From NCBI GenBank assembly GCA_904063045.1, contig CAJFCJ010000002.1, positions 3,343,891 to 3,407,890 of the forward strand: 64,000 bases of DNA, written 5' to 3'. A model generated the notes under the pieces. It was not told where the DNA came from, ran no database searches, and worked only from the letters and a program-made list of their open reading frames with translations. Source of the stretch: Dimorphilus gyrociliatus. Lineage: Eukaryota; Animalia; Annelida. Of this stretch, positions 27,318-41,200 are shown piece after piece. The translations under genes were made by a program, and so were the position numbers. The first letter of the stretch is position 1, and every line of letters starts with the position of its first letter.

Positions 27318-30300
27318 TTACAGTGAAGAAGAGCCACTGTTAACCAAATTATAGAGCAAGCCACGATTTGCTAATAGTTCTTCAACAGTTCCAAATTCGC
27401 GAGCTGTTCCCGACTCCATCACTAATATTTTATCGCAGTGCATAATAGTATCCAATCGATGAGCAATTGTTATCATGGAACAACTTTTAAAGTGACTTTT
27501 TAATATGTTTTGAATTCCTTCATCTGTATCATTATCAACATTAGCTGTAGCCTCGTCAATTACTATAAGATGAGAATTTTTTAATAAAGCTCTTGCTAAG
27601 CAGATTAATTGCTTTTCTCCAACACTTAAATTTTTACCGCCTTCGATTATTTCTGAATCTAATTGTTTACTAAGATTGGCAATTTTGAATGAAAGCTGTA
27701 CTCTTTGCAAACAATTCCAGAGATCGTCATCCGTGTACATATCATACGGATCTAGGTTTGAACGATATGATCCCGAGAAGAGAGTCGGCTCTTGAGGTAT
27801 TACTGATATAACAGATCTGGAAGTATTGATTGGCACTTCACTAATCAAATCCTTCCCATCAAAGATAATCTCTCCCTTAACTTCTCCCATTCTTAGTAAT
27901 GCGGCTATCAAAGAACTTTTCCCTGCGCCAGTCCTCCCTACTACTCCAATCTATGATTATATGACTTATTAATAATAACTACTGGATTGATTTAACCTGT
28001 TACCTTTTCCCCTGGTTCTACGTTAAGGTTTAAAGATTTTAGTACATATGGTAGATTGATATCGTATTTAAAATACATGTTTCTTAACTGTAGACTACCT
28101 GCATTAGGCCAATTTGAATCTAGTGAAGGATATTTTTTATTAGAATCTTCTTCGGGTTCAAGTTGGGTATATTGCTTTATTCTTTCGACAGAAGTCATCT
28201 GAAAAAGAGCAAAGACAATTGAAATATTGAATTAATTCAACTTAAAAAATACATTACTTGATTGTCAAAATCACAATAAACTCTGAAGGAATACATAAGA
28301 GGGAACATAAGGGAATTGATATATATTAATATTACAGCTACAACTTTAGGATCTAAGTAATGGGAAAAAGCAAGGCATCCAACATTAGTAGACAACTGGA
28401 GAAAACCTGTCCAACAAAAGTATAAATGATTTCCAAAAAAATTAAACCCATACGACAAATATGCAGTTTGAGAATGAACGTCGCTTTTCGCCCAAAATTC
28501 CTCAATAAACTGGCGTTTTTTATCGAGAGATCTAATTGTTATTAATCCACTTAGGACGTCATCCAATAGTTCATAGGCAGGCGTCCTTGCTACACATTCC
28601 ATCCTTCTTAGTTCACTAGATATACCACTGACCCACCGGACAGTGAAAAACAATCCAACAAAGCAAATAGAAAACGGTATAATTAAATAGACAACATTAC
28701 GTACAGCAATAGCTAAGGTTAAAACAACACTACCAGGAATGAGTATTAAAAATTCCAGAAATCCACCCAAAGTACCATCTACAAACCCAAGATCACGGGA
28801 AAACCTATTTAATATTCTTCCTTTTGGACTAACATCAAAGAACCTATTTGAAACTCTCATAATCTTATCAAACATGTCATTATGAAGATTTATTGAACAT
28901 TTCGCAATATTCAAGTAATACAGCATTTGTCGAGCTAGTTCAGCCATGCACATTGCTCCTAGTAAGCATAAAAGTGCCATTAGGGTATTAAAGTCAAACT
29001 TTTTTACCAGAAACGAAGATATGATAGTATCAAACCACATTTTCAATGAAAACATTACAAGAAATAGGAGTAGAGAAAACCCAAATAATGGAAGACTTCC
29101 TGATTTGAAATAGTCCATGTAGGTCTTTAATCCGGACAAACCTTCTTTCACGTCCTCTTCTGCAATGTAAGTTTGTTCATTATCAATGTTCATAGGCTCG
29201 TTGTGTTTTTCTTCAAATTGAAGAGAATCAACTATTGACTTGGGTATTCGTGTGCAAGTTCCATCTTCAATCTTGTAAATAATATCAGCTTCTCTGAGAA
29301 ATTGAATTTGATGAGTGGCTAGAATCACCACCTTTTCCTTTAAGTAAGAAAGAATACACCTCTCCATTATTAGTCTGGCGACATTCTTGTCCAGAGCGCT
29401 AATGGGATCATCTAATATATAGATATCAGCATTTCGGTAAATTGCTCTTGCTAGACCAACTCGTGCTTTTTGCCCACCGCTTAACATTACACCTCTTTCA
29501 CCAACAAGAGTCTGATCGCCGTGAGACCAAATGGACAGATCTTTTTCTAGACAACAAGCATGAAGAACTTTTTTATATTTAATTGAGTCAAAACTCTCCC
29601 CAAAAAGTATGTTATTCCTAATAGTTTCGTGTTGTAACCAAGTTTCCTGACAACAATAGGACTTTTTCTCAGGAACGTTAATTTCTCCTCTATCACAAAT
29701 CAATTCTTCTAAAATTACGTGCAAAAGAGTTGTCTTTCCTGACCCTACTTTTCCACATACTCCAATAAGACCTTTACCTGATATTTCAAAATTTATATCC
29801 CGTAAAGTAGCTCGTTTGTTATCTGTTGATCTGTTTAGCTAAAAAAGAAAAATATTAATTTTTTAATATTTAAAACTCTTATTATTTTCAAAGAATGAAA
29901 ATTTAGAAACCTTCCATGTAAAATCAACATTTCTTATTCCATAGCTTGATTGTTTTTCTGTTGACTGATAATTTAACTTTTCAGAGACAGTACGTTCAGT
30001 CATCCCTAATATTTTCTGTGAAAATTTGGTGAAATTGTAGCAAGGAATTTCAATAGAAAAGAATAATATAAACCTCTATTCTAAACATAGATTTGCTACA
30101 TTCTTCATAATAGAAGAACGATTCCGGTAAATAATAAAAAACGTCAATTTCAATGGTTTGTATAAGAGAAATTAACAATATAGCAGATGCGAGTTCCACT
30201 GTGTTCTGAAGTGCTAACTTTATGCATAATACGGGCAGTAAAAGACATAATTTAAAACCAAACAATCCAAGAAATCTGTATAGTATTTTGAATGTGAATG

Positions 30301-31510
30301 AAAATAGGTATGATAAGATTTCTGCTTGTCTTAAAAACTGTATTCTTTTCTGGAAAACTGATTCCCAGACTTGTATCTTAATAGTCTGAATTCCTGACAG
30401 TATTTCATTCATGAATAAAGTTCTTTTATCACTTTTTTCAGCAATAACACTTCTTATTGAACCTTGTTTCCAAGAAGTCAGCGATTGTAATATAACTATA
30501 AACAAAATCGTAAAAAATAGAACTAATGCAGGCAGATAACCATATATATATCCTATTATTCCAACAATTGCAATTGCGTGGAAGAAACTTCCTGTTATTA
30601 ATGTCGTATAAGTAAAAAAATTTGGTATTTTCTCTATATCAGTTGAGAAAATGGACACTATTCGCCCAGAGGTTACATTCTGAAGTGTTTCATAATCCAT
30701 ATCTATAATCTATCAATTAAATATCAAGTTATAGTATCTCTACAGAAATAACTAAACTTTACTTTTCTAAATAAACAACAAGAAACTGCACATCTTAATT
30801 TTATACCAGTTAAATATCCGAGTTGATATACAGCGTATCTAACTGAGAAATTCTCCAAAACAGAACAAAGAGCTAAAAGTAAAGTATACATTTTTCAATC
30901 TGTAGTAAAGATTTAGCTAGAATACTTACCTATTCCAATAATTTTCAGATAAGAAATATAAGAAACTTGCGTTTGAATATCATAAATAAGGGAACGAATT
31001 ATGAAAGGTTGGAGTAATCGAATTATTAGCTGAATGATTATAAATTTTAAGACTCTGTTTGATTTGATATATAGTATATCACTATACTGCAAAAAGTCTG
31101 CACAAAGTATTCTTTATTATGTCACCTCTAGCCATAGTAATTATAGATCTTATGACAGAAGTTTGTAAAACATCTCCTTTTTCTCCAAATATTATTCTTT
31201 TACATAAAAAAAGATATAATTATACATAACATTATATATATATTATTATTATGTTTAGTAAATATTACTTTTTAAGTTGTTTATGAACTGTCTCAGCTGA
31301 AAGGTCTGTACAAATTTTATATCTTTTAAATTTTTCCTTCCAGTTCTCGTGTAAAATCATCTTGACGCACCATCTATAGAAGGTAAGTGGCGGGAAACAA
31401 TAAAGCCATTTTTAGCGATTTAGAAATGATAGTTACATATTTAGCACCGCATTCAAAAAAGAAAACTTATCCATTGGATGGGGAATGTTCTTTATCTCTT
31501 TTTTCGTCAT
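27318..31510 (-). CDS. ABCC4: ABCC4/MRP4-like ABC transporter (copy C)
   Basis: Starts MTKKEIKNIPHPMDK. Motifs GKVGSGKT, LSGGQKAR, YILDDPISALD, GRILNRFSRD, GRTGAGKS, LSVGEKQL, VIDEATA and IAHRL are all present in order. Confidence 0.9.
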
Positions 31511-32223
31511 CTTCTCTTCTTGATATTTTTTCTTACGATGCCTTGTTTAAGAATCTAAGCGTAAGCAATGTTGTGTTCTAAAAACAATTAAAAGATACAG
31601 ATTGGAGTATCACACAATTAAAAAAACGCTTTATACCAATATTTATTTTGTCTAGCATTTAAGGAAACTATAAATAAAAAGACTACTCCATCAAAAATAT
31701 AAATTCATCACTTTATTATCAAAAAACAATTCTATAGTATAAACTTTTCAATAGCATATTTTCCTTCTTTTATCTTCACGCAGGAGAGAATTTCAATATA
31801 TATTAATTACATTCAGAAACTATAGTTGAAGGTTTCCGACAAACTGTCTATCCCAAATAAATCATACAAGTATATAATTGAACATATAAATTCAATGACT
31901 GTTTTCATTCTAAAACGTTATATAGAGTTAAAAATTTTTTACCTAGTGACCTTCAAACTAACAGCATGCATTCATATTAAATACGAACTATTAATAGTAA
32001 TTTATCTTGTCAAATTTTCATCAAAATAACTTTATTAATCTTCTAAAGCCTATCTATCAGCCGATAAGAGTCCATCAAAGTTGCTACACAATTTCAAAAA
32101 AATCATAATTTATAAGTTTATTAGTTTTCTAACTAAAATTATAAAACTATTAGAAATTCATCAAAACGTTATATTTTCAAATATTTTCTCTTTTCCTTCT
32201 TAACATGTTCCTCTATTAAGAAG

Positions 32224-35200
32224 TCACACTGAATCCTTGGCTATATTTTTTTGATTATTAACAAGCTCGAAAAACATTCCTTCTTTTCTTAAAAGTTCTT
32301 TCACTGTTCCGTATTCTCCTACTTCTCCCGAATCCATCACGATAATCTTATCACTGTCCATAATCGTACTTAAACGATGAGCAATTGTTATTGTAGTACA
32401 GTCCTTAAAATGACATTTCAGTATATTTTGGATACACTTATCCGTTTCATTATCGACATTTGCAGTTGCTTCATCAATTATTAAAAGATGACACTTTTTC
32501 AAAAGAGCTCTCGCTAAACAAATCAGTTGTCTTTCCCCAACACTGAGATTTCGACCACATTCTGATATTGTAGAGTTTAATTGTTGTGCCGTGTTTCCAA
32601 CTTTCTTATCGAGATAAACTTTTTTCAAGCTCATCCAAATATCATCATCACAATACTCATCGAGAGGATCGAGATTCGATCGATAAGTTCCGGTAAACAG
32701 TATAGGATCTTGAGGAATGACCGATATAACGGATCGTGAACATTGTAAATTCACATCAGTCAATATATTAACACCATCAAGAATAATCTCTCCTTCGACA
32801 GGACACATTCTGAAGAGAGCACTGATTAGTGAACTTTTCCCGGCTCCTGTACGTCCAACAACTCCAATCTTCTCTCCAGAAAGAATATTAACATTGATAT
32901 TTTTCAAAGAATAAGGAAGACTCTCATCGTATCTCATGAATACGTTTTTGATAGTAAGAGATCCATTCGAAGGCCAAGAATCTGAAACTGGTGGAAACTT
33001 TTTATCGGAATCTTCTTCTGACCTAAGAAGAGAATACTCTTTTATTCGTTCAACGGAAGTCATCTGTGAAAACAAGCCTATTAGATTATTTTAAGGAACG
33101 AAATATTATAAAAGAAAATACATATCCATCAACAAGAGTGTACTGTCTCAAAGCGTATTGAAAGGCACAAGTCGTTGTACTAACATAAGTTATGGCCAGA
33201 GCTATATAAAAACCATTCTTTTCATTTGCATAATAAATACAAGAGAAATTTATAACCAATTGTAATGCCAGAATAATTATGTAATAGAAGTATTCAGAAT
33301 ATATATAATATGTTTGCAAAAAATGATTCACTTGGGAATATATGTCAAAAGCAGAATGAAATTTTTCCATGAATGATTTTCTTTTATTAAAACAACGTAT
33401 TGAAACTAGTCCGTGGAAGACATTATCCAAAAGCTCAAAAAGTGGACTAACTCTAATTGCTTCCATCCTCTTTAATTCACTGCTGTTTATTGTTTTCCTT
33501 TTCACAGCCAGTATCAGCAAAGTGATAAACAAACCAAAAGGAATCATTAAAAAGTATACATTATATATTGCTAAACAAATTGAAAACATCATAGATCCAG
33601 CTATTGCCATCACAAAATCAATCATTCTGGGAAGTTCAGTATCAATAAATCCCATATCCCTTGAGAATCTATTTAGAATTCGTCCTTTTGGATTTATATG
33701 GAAGAATCTCATGGCAACTGACATTACTTTTGCAAACATTTTATTATGAAGATTAATAGATGCTAGACCACTGTTTATATAGAACAAAAAACCCTTTCCA
33801 ATTTCGAGTATGATCATCAGACAAAGAAGTATTGCAACTTTAGATAACAATTCATTGTTCATTGGTTCTTTTGCTAAAATAGAAATCGTTTTATCTAGTA
33901 AGACTTTCATTAGAAAAACCAGAGAAAAGAGAAATAGTGAAAGCAGGAATATCACTATATTTCCACTTTTTAAGTAGTCTGTGTAAGTTTTAAATGTTGA
34001 AGCTCCCGAGTTTAAACGTTCAGATTCAATTGTGTTTGTATTAACATTGATGTTCATTTGAGGATTTGGAATATTTTCAGAGTGAAAATCTTGCAAAGAA
34101 TTCTTCTGTATTTCGGTGCAAGTTGAATTTTCTATCAAGTAGACAATATCGGCATCTTGAAGAAATTGGGTTTGATGTGTGACGAGTACAACAGTTTTAT
34201 ATTTTAAATAGTTATGGATACATCTTTCCATGATTTGTTTGGCGACACGATTATCAAGTGCACTTAGAGGATCGTCAAGAAGATATATATCAGCATCTCT
34301 GTATATACTTCTTGCAAGAGAAAGTCGAGATTTTTGTCCACCACTTAACATCAGTCCATTTTCGCCAACAATAGTTTGATCTTTTAGAGGAAATGTTTCA
34401 AGATCCTGTGAAATAATGTCAATATTTCGTGAATCATTAGAACAGCTTTACTAAATATCTATACTTTATCGAGACAACAACAATGTAAGACTTTCTTATA
34501 TTTGAGAATATTGAAATCTTCTCCGAACAGAATATTTTCGCGAATAGTTCCATTGTAGATCCAAGGTTCTTGAGGCGCGAACGATTTTTTAGACGGAAGG
34601 GATATTTGTCCATTTGATGTTGAATATTCTCCCAACATGTTCAACAGCAGTGTCGACTGTAAAAGAATCAACAAATTATATCAATGTTTTATCCAATTTA
34701 ATGGCATGAATATAAATGTCGGTGTTTTACTTTTCCACTCCCAACTTTACCACAAATTCCAATCAATTGTTCTCTTTTTATACTGAAATTTATGGCTTTT
34801 AAAAGGTAATCCTTATCTCCATTTGCATTCACCTTTGTTAATAACTTGGATTAATAATTTAGTTATATATCCGAATTTACATCACCAACCTTCCATCTAA
34901 AATTGAAGTTATTAATTCCATTTTTCCTGTGTAAATCCCTGGGTAATTGAGGAAATTTATCACTTTCAACCAAGTTAGGTATTTCAGTATTGGATGTTTC
35001 AATAACTTTCTATGGATTGAATTAAAAAAATTAATGTTTTTTCAAAAACAGTTGACTTTTGACAAAATGGAAAACCTGAATTCTATTGAGACTTTGACGA
35101 ACTTCACTAAAGATATAGAAGAATTCTGGAAAATAGACAAGTAGGTCTGTCTCGAACAACATTAGTATTGTAATTAGTCTGATGACAGATGGAGGACTTA

Positions 35201-36680
35201 TTTCTGATGAGAAAGTCAATTTGCTAACAATAACTACAAGTATTAGGGAAAACTTCATCCCTATAATACCAAACAGTGTATAAATAATTCGAAAAACAAA
35301 GGATTGAAGTATTTTTAATATTTCATTTCTACGAAATTGACCAATTTTTTGTATGAAGAAACTTTCCCATACTTTTAATTTAATCGTTTGTATTCCAGAT
35401 AGAATTTCATTCATCATCAATGTTCTACTATCTGCTTTCATAGCAATATCTGTCCTTAATATTCCTTGTTTCATTGCTAGACAGGTTTGAATTGAAACAA
35501 TTAATGCTAAAGAACAGCAGCAGGCAATACCAGATAAGTAACCATAAAATATTGAAATTATAACTGTTGCTATGAACAATTGAGAAACTGCTGATATCAA
35601 ATTTCCGATAAAAGGAAGTAAGATTGGAATTTTCTCTAAATCAGTGGAAAAAATTGAAAAAATGTGACCTGATGAAATATGTTGGAACTCTTCATAGTTA
35701 ATGTTCAAAATCTGCAAAAACAAAATTAAGATAAATCCATTTATTTTATTAAACATACAACCTTTTCATAAAGCATACATCCATAACCTGCTTTAACACT
35801 AATACCGATTTCTACTAACAGTATTGCCGAATATCTAACAGAACAATTTTCAACTGTTCCACAAATCGCTGAAATATATATGAAATTAGAGGAAATTCCT
35901 TTTACTGGTTGTGTAATAGAATATTGTTTTTACCTATAATGCATATATATATGTAAGACATGTAAGTTATTTTGTCTAATATTTCATTGAATATTGCATA
36001 AATTATAAATGGCACTACAAATCGCGCACAAACCTGAAAAGGGTTAAAATTTTGTGTATTTGTTTATTAATATATTATTGGTTAACAAATTTGTTTCTTA
36101 TTTTTTTAGCATACTACTTACGCCTAGAACACGGAAGAAGATATGAGTCCATACGTTTTTTATTATTATGCTTTGTAATATTTTGAGCAATGAAATTTGT
36201 GTTTTTGACGCTTTCTGCTTTTCAATTTCGCTAAATTCAAAATGAAAACTCTGCTTGTTTTGTCTTTTTGTTAGAAATGAAAATGTTTGATGTACATACG
36301 ATTTTAAATAATAGTGAATGGGTTTTGATTTTAGTCTCTTCAAAAATTGATAGTTATCTATAGTTTTCTGCCATTCCTTCCCTTTAACAACTTGAATAAT
36401 CCATCTATAAAAAAAATACGCATTATATTTTAAAATATATAATCTATTCAATAATGAATTATCTTTACAAATGTTATCTTATTATTTTTTAGGGATATCA
36501 ATTAGCATTAAATCTGATATAATTGTAATTATAAAATAGATATTTGTAACATATTAAAGGTTACATAGAGTACTTTTGTCAAAGTGTTGATTTATAATAT
36601 ATTTACAGTGTCAATATTTTAGAAATTCTATTAGCTTCCGCTTCAGGATGTGGAAAGGCATGTGATTTCGATGAAGCCAT
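32224..36680 (-). CDS. ABCC4: ABCC4/MRP4-like ABC transporter (copy B)
   Basis: Starts MASSKSHAFPHPEAEANRISKILT. Motifs GKVGSGKS, LSGGQKSR, YLLDDPLSALD, GRILNRFSRD, GRTGAGKS, LSVGERQL and IIDEATA are present; the protein ends KDSV*. Confidence 0.9.
32256..33008. repeat. 753-bp exact duplicate of 38317-39069 (NBD2 exon of copies B and A)
   Basis: Line-by-line comparison at offset 6061 shows no mismatch from 32256/38317 to 33008/39069. Confidence 0.95.
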
Positions 36681-37164
36681 TTTTTCTTAACGACTATCTA
36701 AAAGAAAACCGGTGGAACAGTTAGAAAAAGTTTAGAAAAACCAAACAAACACATAAACGAGTTTTATATCAATGATAATTACCGAAATTCACCGTCCATA
36801 CAAAAAAACTGATAAAATTTTTCTTCCACATTTAATAAGTTATAAACTTAAATTAATTGTATTGCTTATCACAGAACAATATATTAAATAAAAAAGTAAC
36901 AAACTATAGGCTTACAAAAAAATCAATAATTTACAAATTCTTAAATATCATAAGAAATAGATGGATAAAGAAAGAGAAAATTGTAACAAGCGATGCGTAT
37001 CTTCACTAGTAGAAAAGTTTCAATATATATAAAATACGTTCAGAAATTATTGTTGTAGATATCCATCAGACTGTGTAGACTAAATAAATCATACAATTAT
37101 TCAGTTGAAAAAAAAAGTACAGTGACCGTTTTTTTCTAGACGGTTATATAGATTTAAAAATTTC

Positions 37165-37470
37165 TTATATAGTGACCTTCCAACTAACAGCATGCATTCA
37201 TATTAAGTACGAACTATTAAAAGTTATTTATCTTATCAAATTTTCATCAAAATAACTTTATTAATCTTCTAAAGCCTATCTATCAGCCGATAAGAGTCCA
37301 TCAAAGTTGCTACACAATTTCAAAAAAATCATAATTTATAAGTTTATTAGTTTTCTAATTAAAATAATAAAACTATTAGAAATTCATCAAAACGTTATAT
37401 TTTCAAATATTTTCTCTTTTCCTTCTTAACATATTCCTATATCAAGAAATCATACTATATCTTTGGTTTC
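37165..37470. repeat. Duplicate of the copy B stop region and 3' flank (about 31940-32250)
   Basis: TAGTGACCTT..AACTAACAGCATGCATTCATATTAA...CCTTCTTAACAT is shared with only scattered substitutions. Weaker similarity extends about 170 nt further toward lower coordinates. Confidence 0.9.
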
Positions 37471-37790
37471 TTTAAGGAAAATTTCATCCCTATACTACTA
37501 AAAAGTTTATAAAATATTCGGAATATATAAGAGTGTAGTATTTTCAGTATTTCATTTTTACGGGAGTGACCAATCTTTGTATAAAGAAACTTTCCCTTTC
37601 TTTCAATTTAATCGTTTGTATTCCGGATAGAATTTCATTCATCAATATTATTCTACTATAGAGCTGAAGCAGGTAATCCTCGATAGATAACAATAAAATA
37701 TTGAAACTAAAGCGGCTGATTGAACAATTGAGAAACTACTAAAATTAGATTTCCTATGTATGGGAATAACAATTTGCATAATCCATCTTT
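37449..37790 (-). pseudogene. Internally deleted ABCC4-like remnant (copy A')
   Basis: About 37560-37790 aligns with copy B TMD1 (35350-35620) but carries indels. 37449-37470 encodes ETKDIV*, homologous to the KDSV* end of copy B, and is followed by the B-like 3' flank. Confidence 0.75.
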
Positions 37791-38296
37791 AAAAAAGGTC
37801 CGAAATATATTTGTATTTCAAAATCTTATTTGTTTTTTAAGATTAAAGTATCTTTTTTGACAGATATCAATTAGTAATAAATCAATTTCAGGTTGAATTA
37901 TTTTTCATAATATTCTTGTACTTAGACTCAAACTTATGTTAATCTTGTTATGATAGGTATCGTATAAAACTTTATTAGCAAAAAAGTAATTCAATGTTTT
38001 AACAATATTTTAAATAGCCCAAAAATTTAACTTTGATATTTCAATACAATAACAATTTAACTGTAAAAATATACTTTAGTGTTTTGCCTAAGCGTTTGAA
38101 TAACAATTGTAAAACAAGACGACTATATAAACAAATATAATAAAGCCGAAAGAACTAGTTTCTGCTTTTTGTGTGATATATCTAAGTATTGAAAAACCAT
38201 ACATCTAACAATGAAATTCTTTCTGTCCTTTATGCATTGTTGCAAGCGTGCAACGTATTCTCCTTGTATTAGTTTTGTAAGAAATCATAATATGTC

Positions 38297-41200
38297 TTAA
38301 GTCACATTTGCTTGACTATTAACAAGCTCGAAAAACATTCCTTCTTTTCTTAAAAGTTCTTTCACTGTTCCGTATTCTCCTACTTCTCCCGAATCCATCA
38401 CGATAATCTTATCACTGTCCATAATCGTACTTAAACGATGAGCAATTGTTATTGTAGTACAGTCCTTAAAATGACATTTCAGTATATTTTGGATACACTT
38501 ATCCGTTTCATTATCGACATTTGCAGTTGCTTCATCAATTATTAAAAGATGACACTTTTTCAAAAGAGCTCTCGCTAAACAAATCAGTTGTCTTTCCCCA
38601 ACACTGAGATTTCGACCACATTCTGATATTGTAGAGTTTAATTGTTGTGCCGTGTTTCCAACTTTCTTATCGAGATAAACTTTTTTCAAGCTCATCCAAA
38701 TATCATCATCACAATACTCATCGAGAGGATCGAGATTCGATCGATAAGTTCCGGTAAACAGTATAGGATCTTGAGGAATGACCGATATAACGGATCGTGA
38801 ACATTGTAAATTCACATCAGTCAATATATTAACACCATCAAGAATAATCTCTCCTTCGACAGGACACATTCTGAAGAGAGCACTGATTAGTGAACTTTTC
38901 CCGGCTCCTGTACGTCCAACAACTCCAATCTTCTCTCCAGAAAGAATATTAACATTGATATTTTTCAAAGAATAAGGAAGACTCTCATCGTATCTCATGA
39001 ATACGTTTTTGATAGTAAGAGATCCATTCGAAGGCCAAGAATCTGAAACTGGTGGAAACTTTTTATCGGGGTCTTCTTCTGATTTCAAAGAGGAGTAATA
39101 CTGAATTCGCTCCACAGAGGTCATCTTTTAAATGTTTGAAAATTTTAATTAGTTTATGTATTAATGTGTAACATACCGTATTGTCAAAGTCTGAACACAA
39201 TTTTAAAGAATATTGGAATATTACAATCAAGTTATTCAGATACATTAATGTTAAACCTGCTATGGTTGGGTTTAAATAGGATGAAAATTTAAGGCAAGCT
39301 ATTGCTATACACATGTAGAATAGTAGGGTTACAGCAAAATAGACTTGCTGAAGAAATTTACTATAAGTTTCTTGTATGATTGCAATTGTTGTATGATTAT
39401 TGCTTGCGGTATAGAATTTTTTCAAAAATGTTTTCTGTTTCTGGAAACAGCGAATAACGATTAGGCCCTGTATTACGTTATCAATGTGCTCATAAATTGG
39501 TGTTCGTTGTTTCGCCTCCAATCTTTTGAATTCTGAACCTATCGGAGTTAGCTTTCTATAGAGTAGTAACATTGATATTACAAAAATAGACAAAGGTAGA
39601 AATAAAAGTGGAATGTTATATACTGCAAGAGCAACTGAGAAAACGATTGCTCCGACCCATAAAGTAATCTGCTCCAGAAGAGTGACGAGTAATGAGTCGA
39701 CAAAACCTAAATCTCTAGAGAATCTATTCAGTATTCTTCCTTTTGGATTTTTATGAAAAAACCCAAAAGGTATTTCCAATATTTTTTGGAACATTTTTTT
39801 ATGTAAATTCACTGAACAGAGAATAATATTGATGTAGTATGTAGACAATCGTCCAATTTCGATGATAGTTAGCGTAATTAAAATAATAGCAACGGTCATC
39901 AACATTGAATAATTAAGGTTTTCTACAGCAAATTGAGTTAGAACTTTATCAATCCAAATATAGATTGAAAAAAATATACCAAAGAGTAGCAGCGACATAG
40001 TTAATAATAAAAAACTTCCAGTTTTGAAGTAGTTAAAATACACTTTAAAGCCTGCAAATCCGCTGTTCATCTCCTCCTCTTCATGGAAAATTTCATTTTG
40101 ATATATTTTTAGATGTTGGATATTTTCAGTAAGCTCTTTACCTAAGTTATAGTCAGATTTTGAAATTATGTGACAGCATCCATCGATTACTTCATAGATA
40201 ATATGCGCTTCATTTAATAGATGAACTTGATGAGTTGTTAGGAAAATTACTTTGTTTTTTAAGAAGTCAAGAAAACATCTCTGAATTATTAGTTTCGTAA
40301 CTTTTTCATTAATAGCACTAAGAGGATCATCAAATACATAGAAAGTAGCCTTCCTATAGACAGCCCTAGCTAAGGAAATCCTTGCTCTTTGACCTCCGCT
40401 AAGCCTTTTTCCGTTTTCACCAACAAGAGTTTTATCCCCGTTCGGTAAATCAATCAAGTCCTTTACATCAAAAGATATAATTCTTTCAGATTTTATCTAA
40501 ATTTTTAAAATGTTACAAACTTTATCCAAACAGCAAGCAAAAAGTACTGATTTGTATCGTTCCGCATCAAATTTTTCATGGAAGAGGATATTTTCTTTTA
40601 TCGATGCATTAGTTAACCATGGCTCTTGAGGGGAATATGAAAATTTTAAACGAGAGCTCAGACGTGTAAAGGAATGAGGTAATTCATTGAGCAAATTCAA
40701 TAACAATGTCGTCTAATCAGAATAAATTCACAATAATTAAATCTCAATAATTCTACTACTAATTACTACAACCTTTCCAGATCCAACACGACCACAAATA
40801 CCAATAAACATTGGTTTTTTAGTTAAAGGAAAATGTAGATTGTTATAATTCACATTTTTAGGCTGACTTAAATTTTCAGTCTGAAAAAGATTACATAAAT
40901 AGTAATATGTTTTCAACTGTTCTATAAATACCTTTTCAATATTTGAAATACGTTCTTCAGAGACTTTTTCTAAAGAGTTCAAAAGATTCTACAATATTTA
41001 GGTTAAAAAGTTAAATTATGTTCTCTGTTCCTGTATTTTGTTTCTTACCGCTACTCTATTCATGGATTTCAAACATTCACTATATAAAAAAAAGGTATCT
41101 GGGAAATAATAGAATATCTCATTCTCCATTGCAACAATTATTGACATTAATCTTATGACAGAGGGAAGATTAAATGTATATTGGCTAGTCAATTTTGCAA

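Noticed and set aside
31367-31379. CTCF-like CTATAGATGGTGC
   Set aside because: It is the splice acceptor plus Trp-Cys codons of ABCC copy C exon 2.
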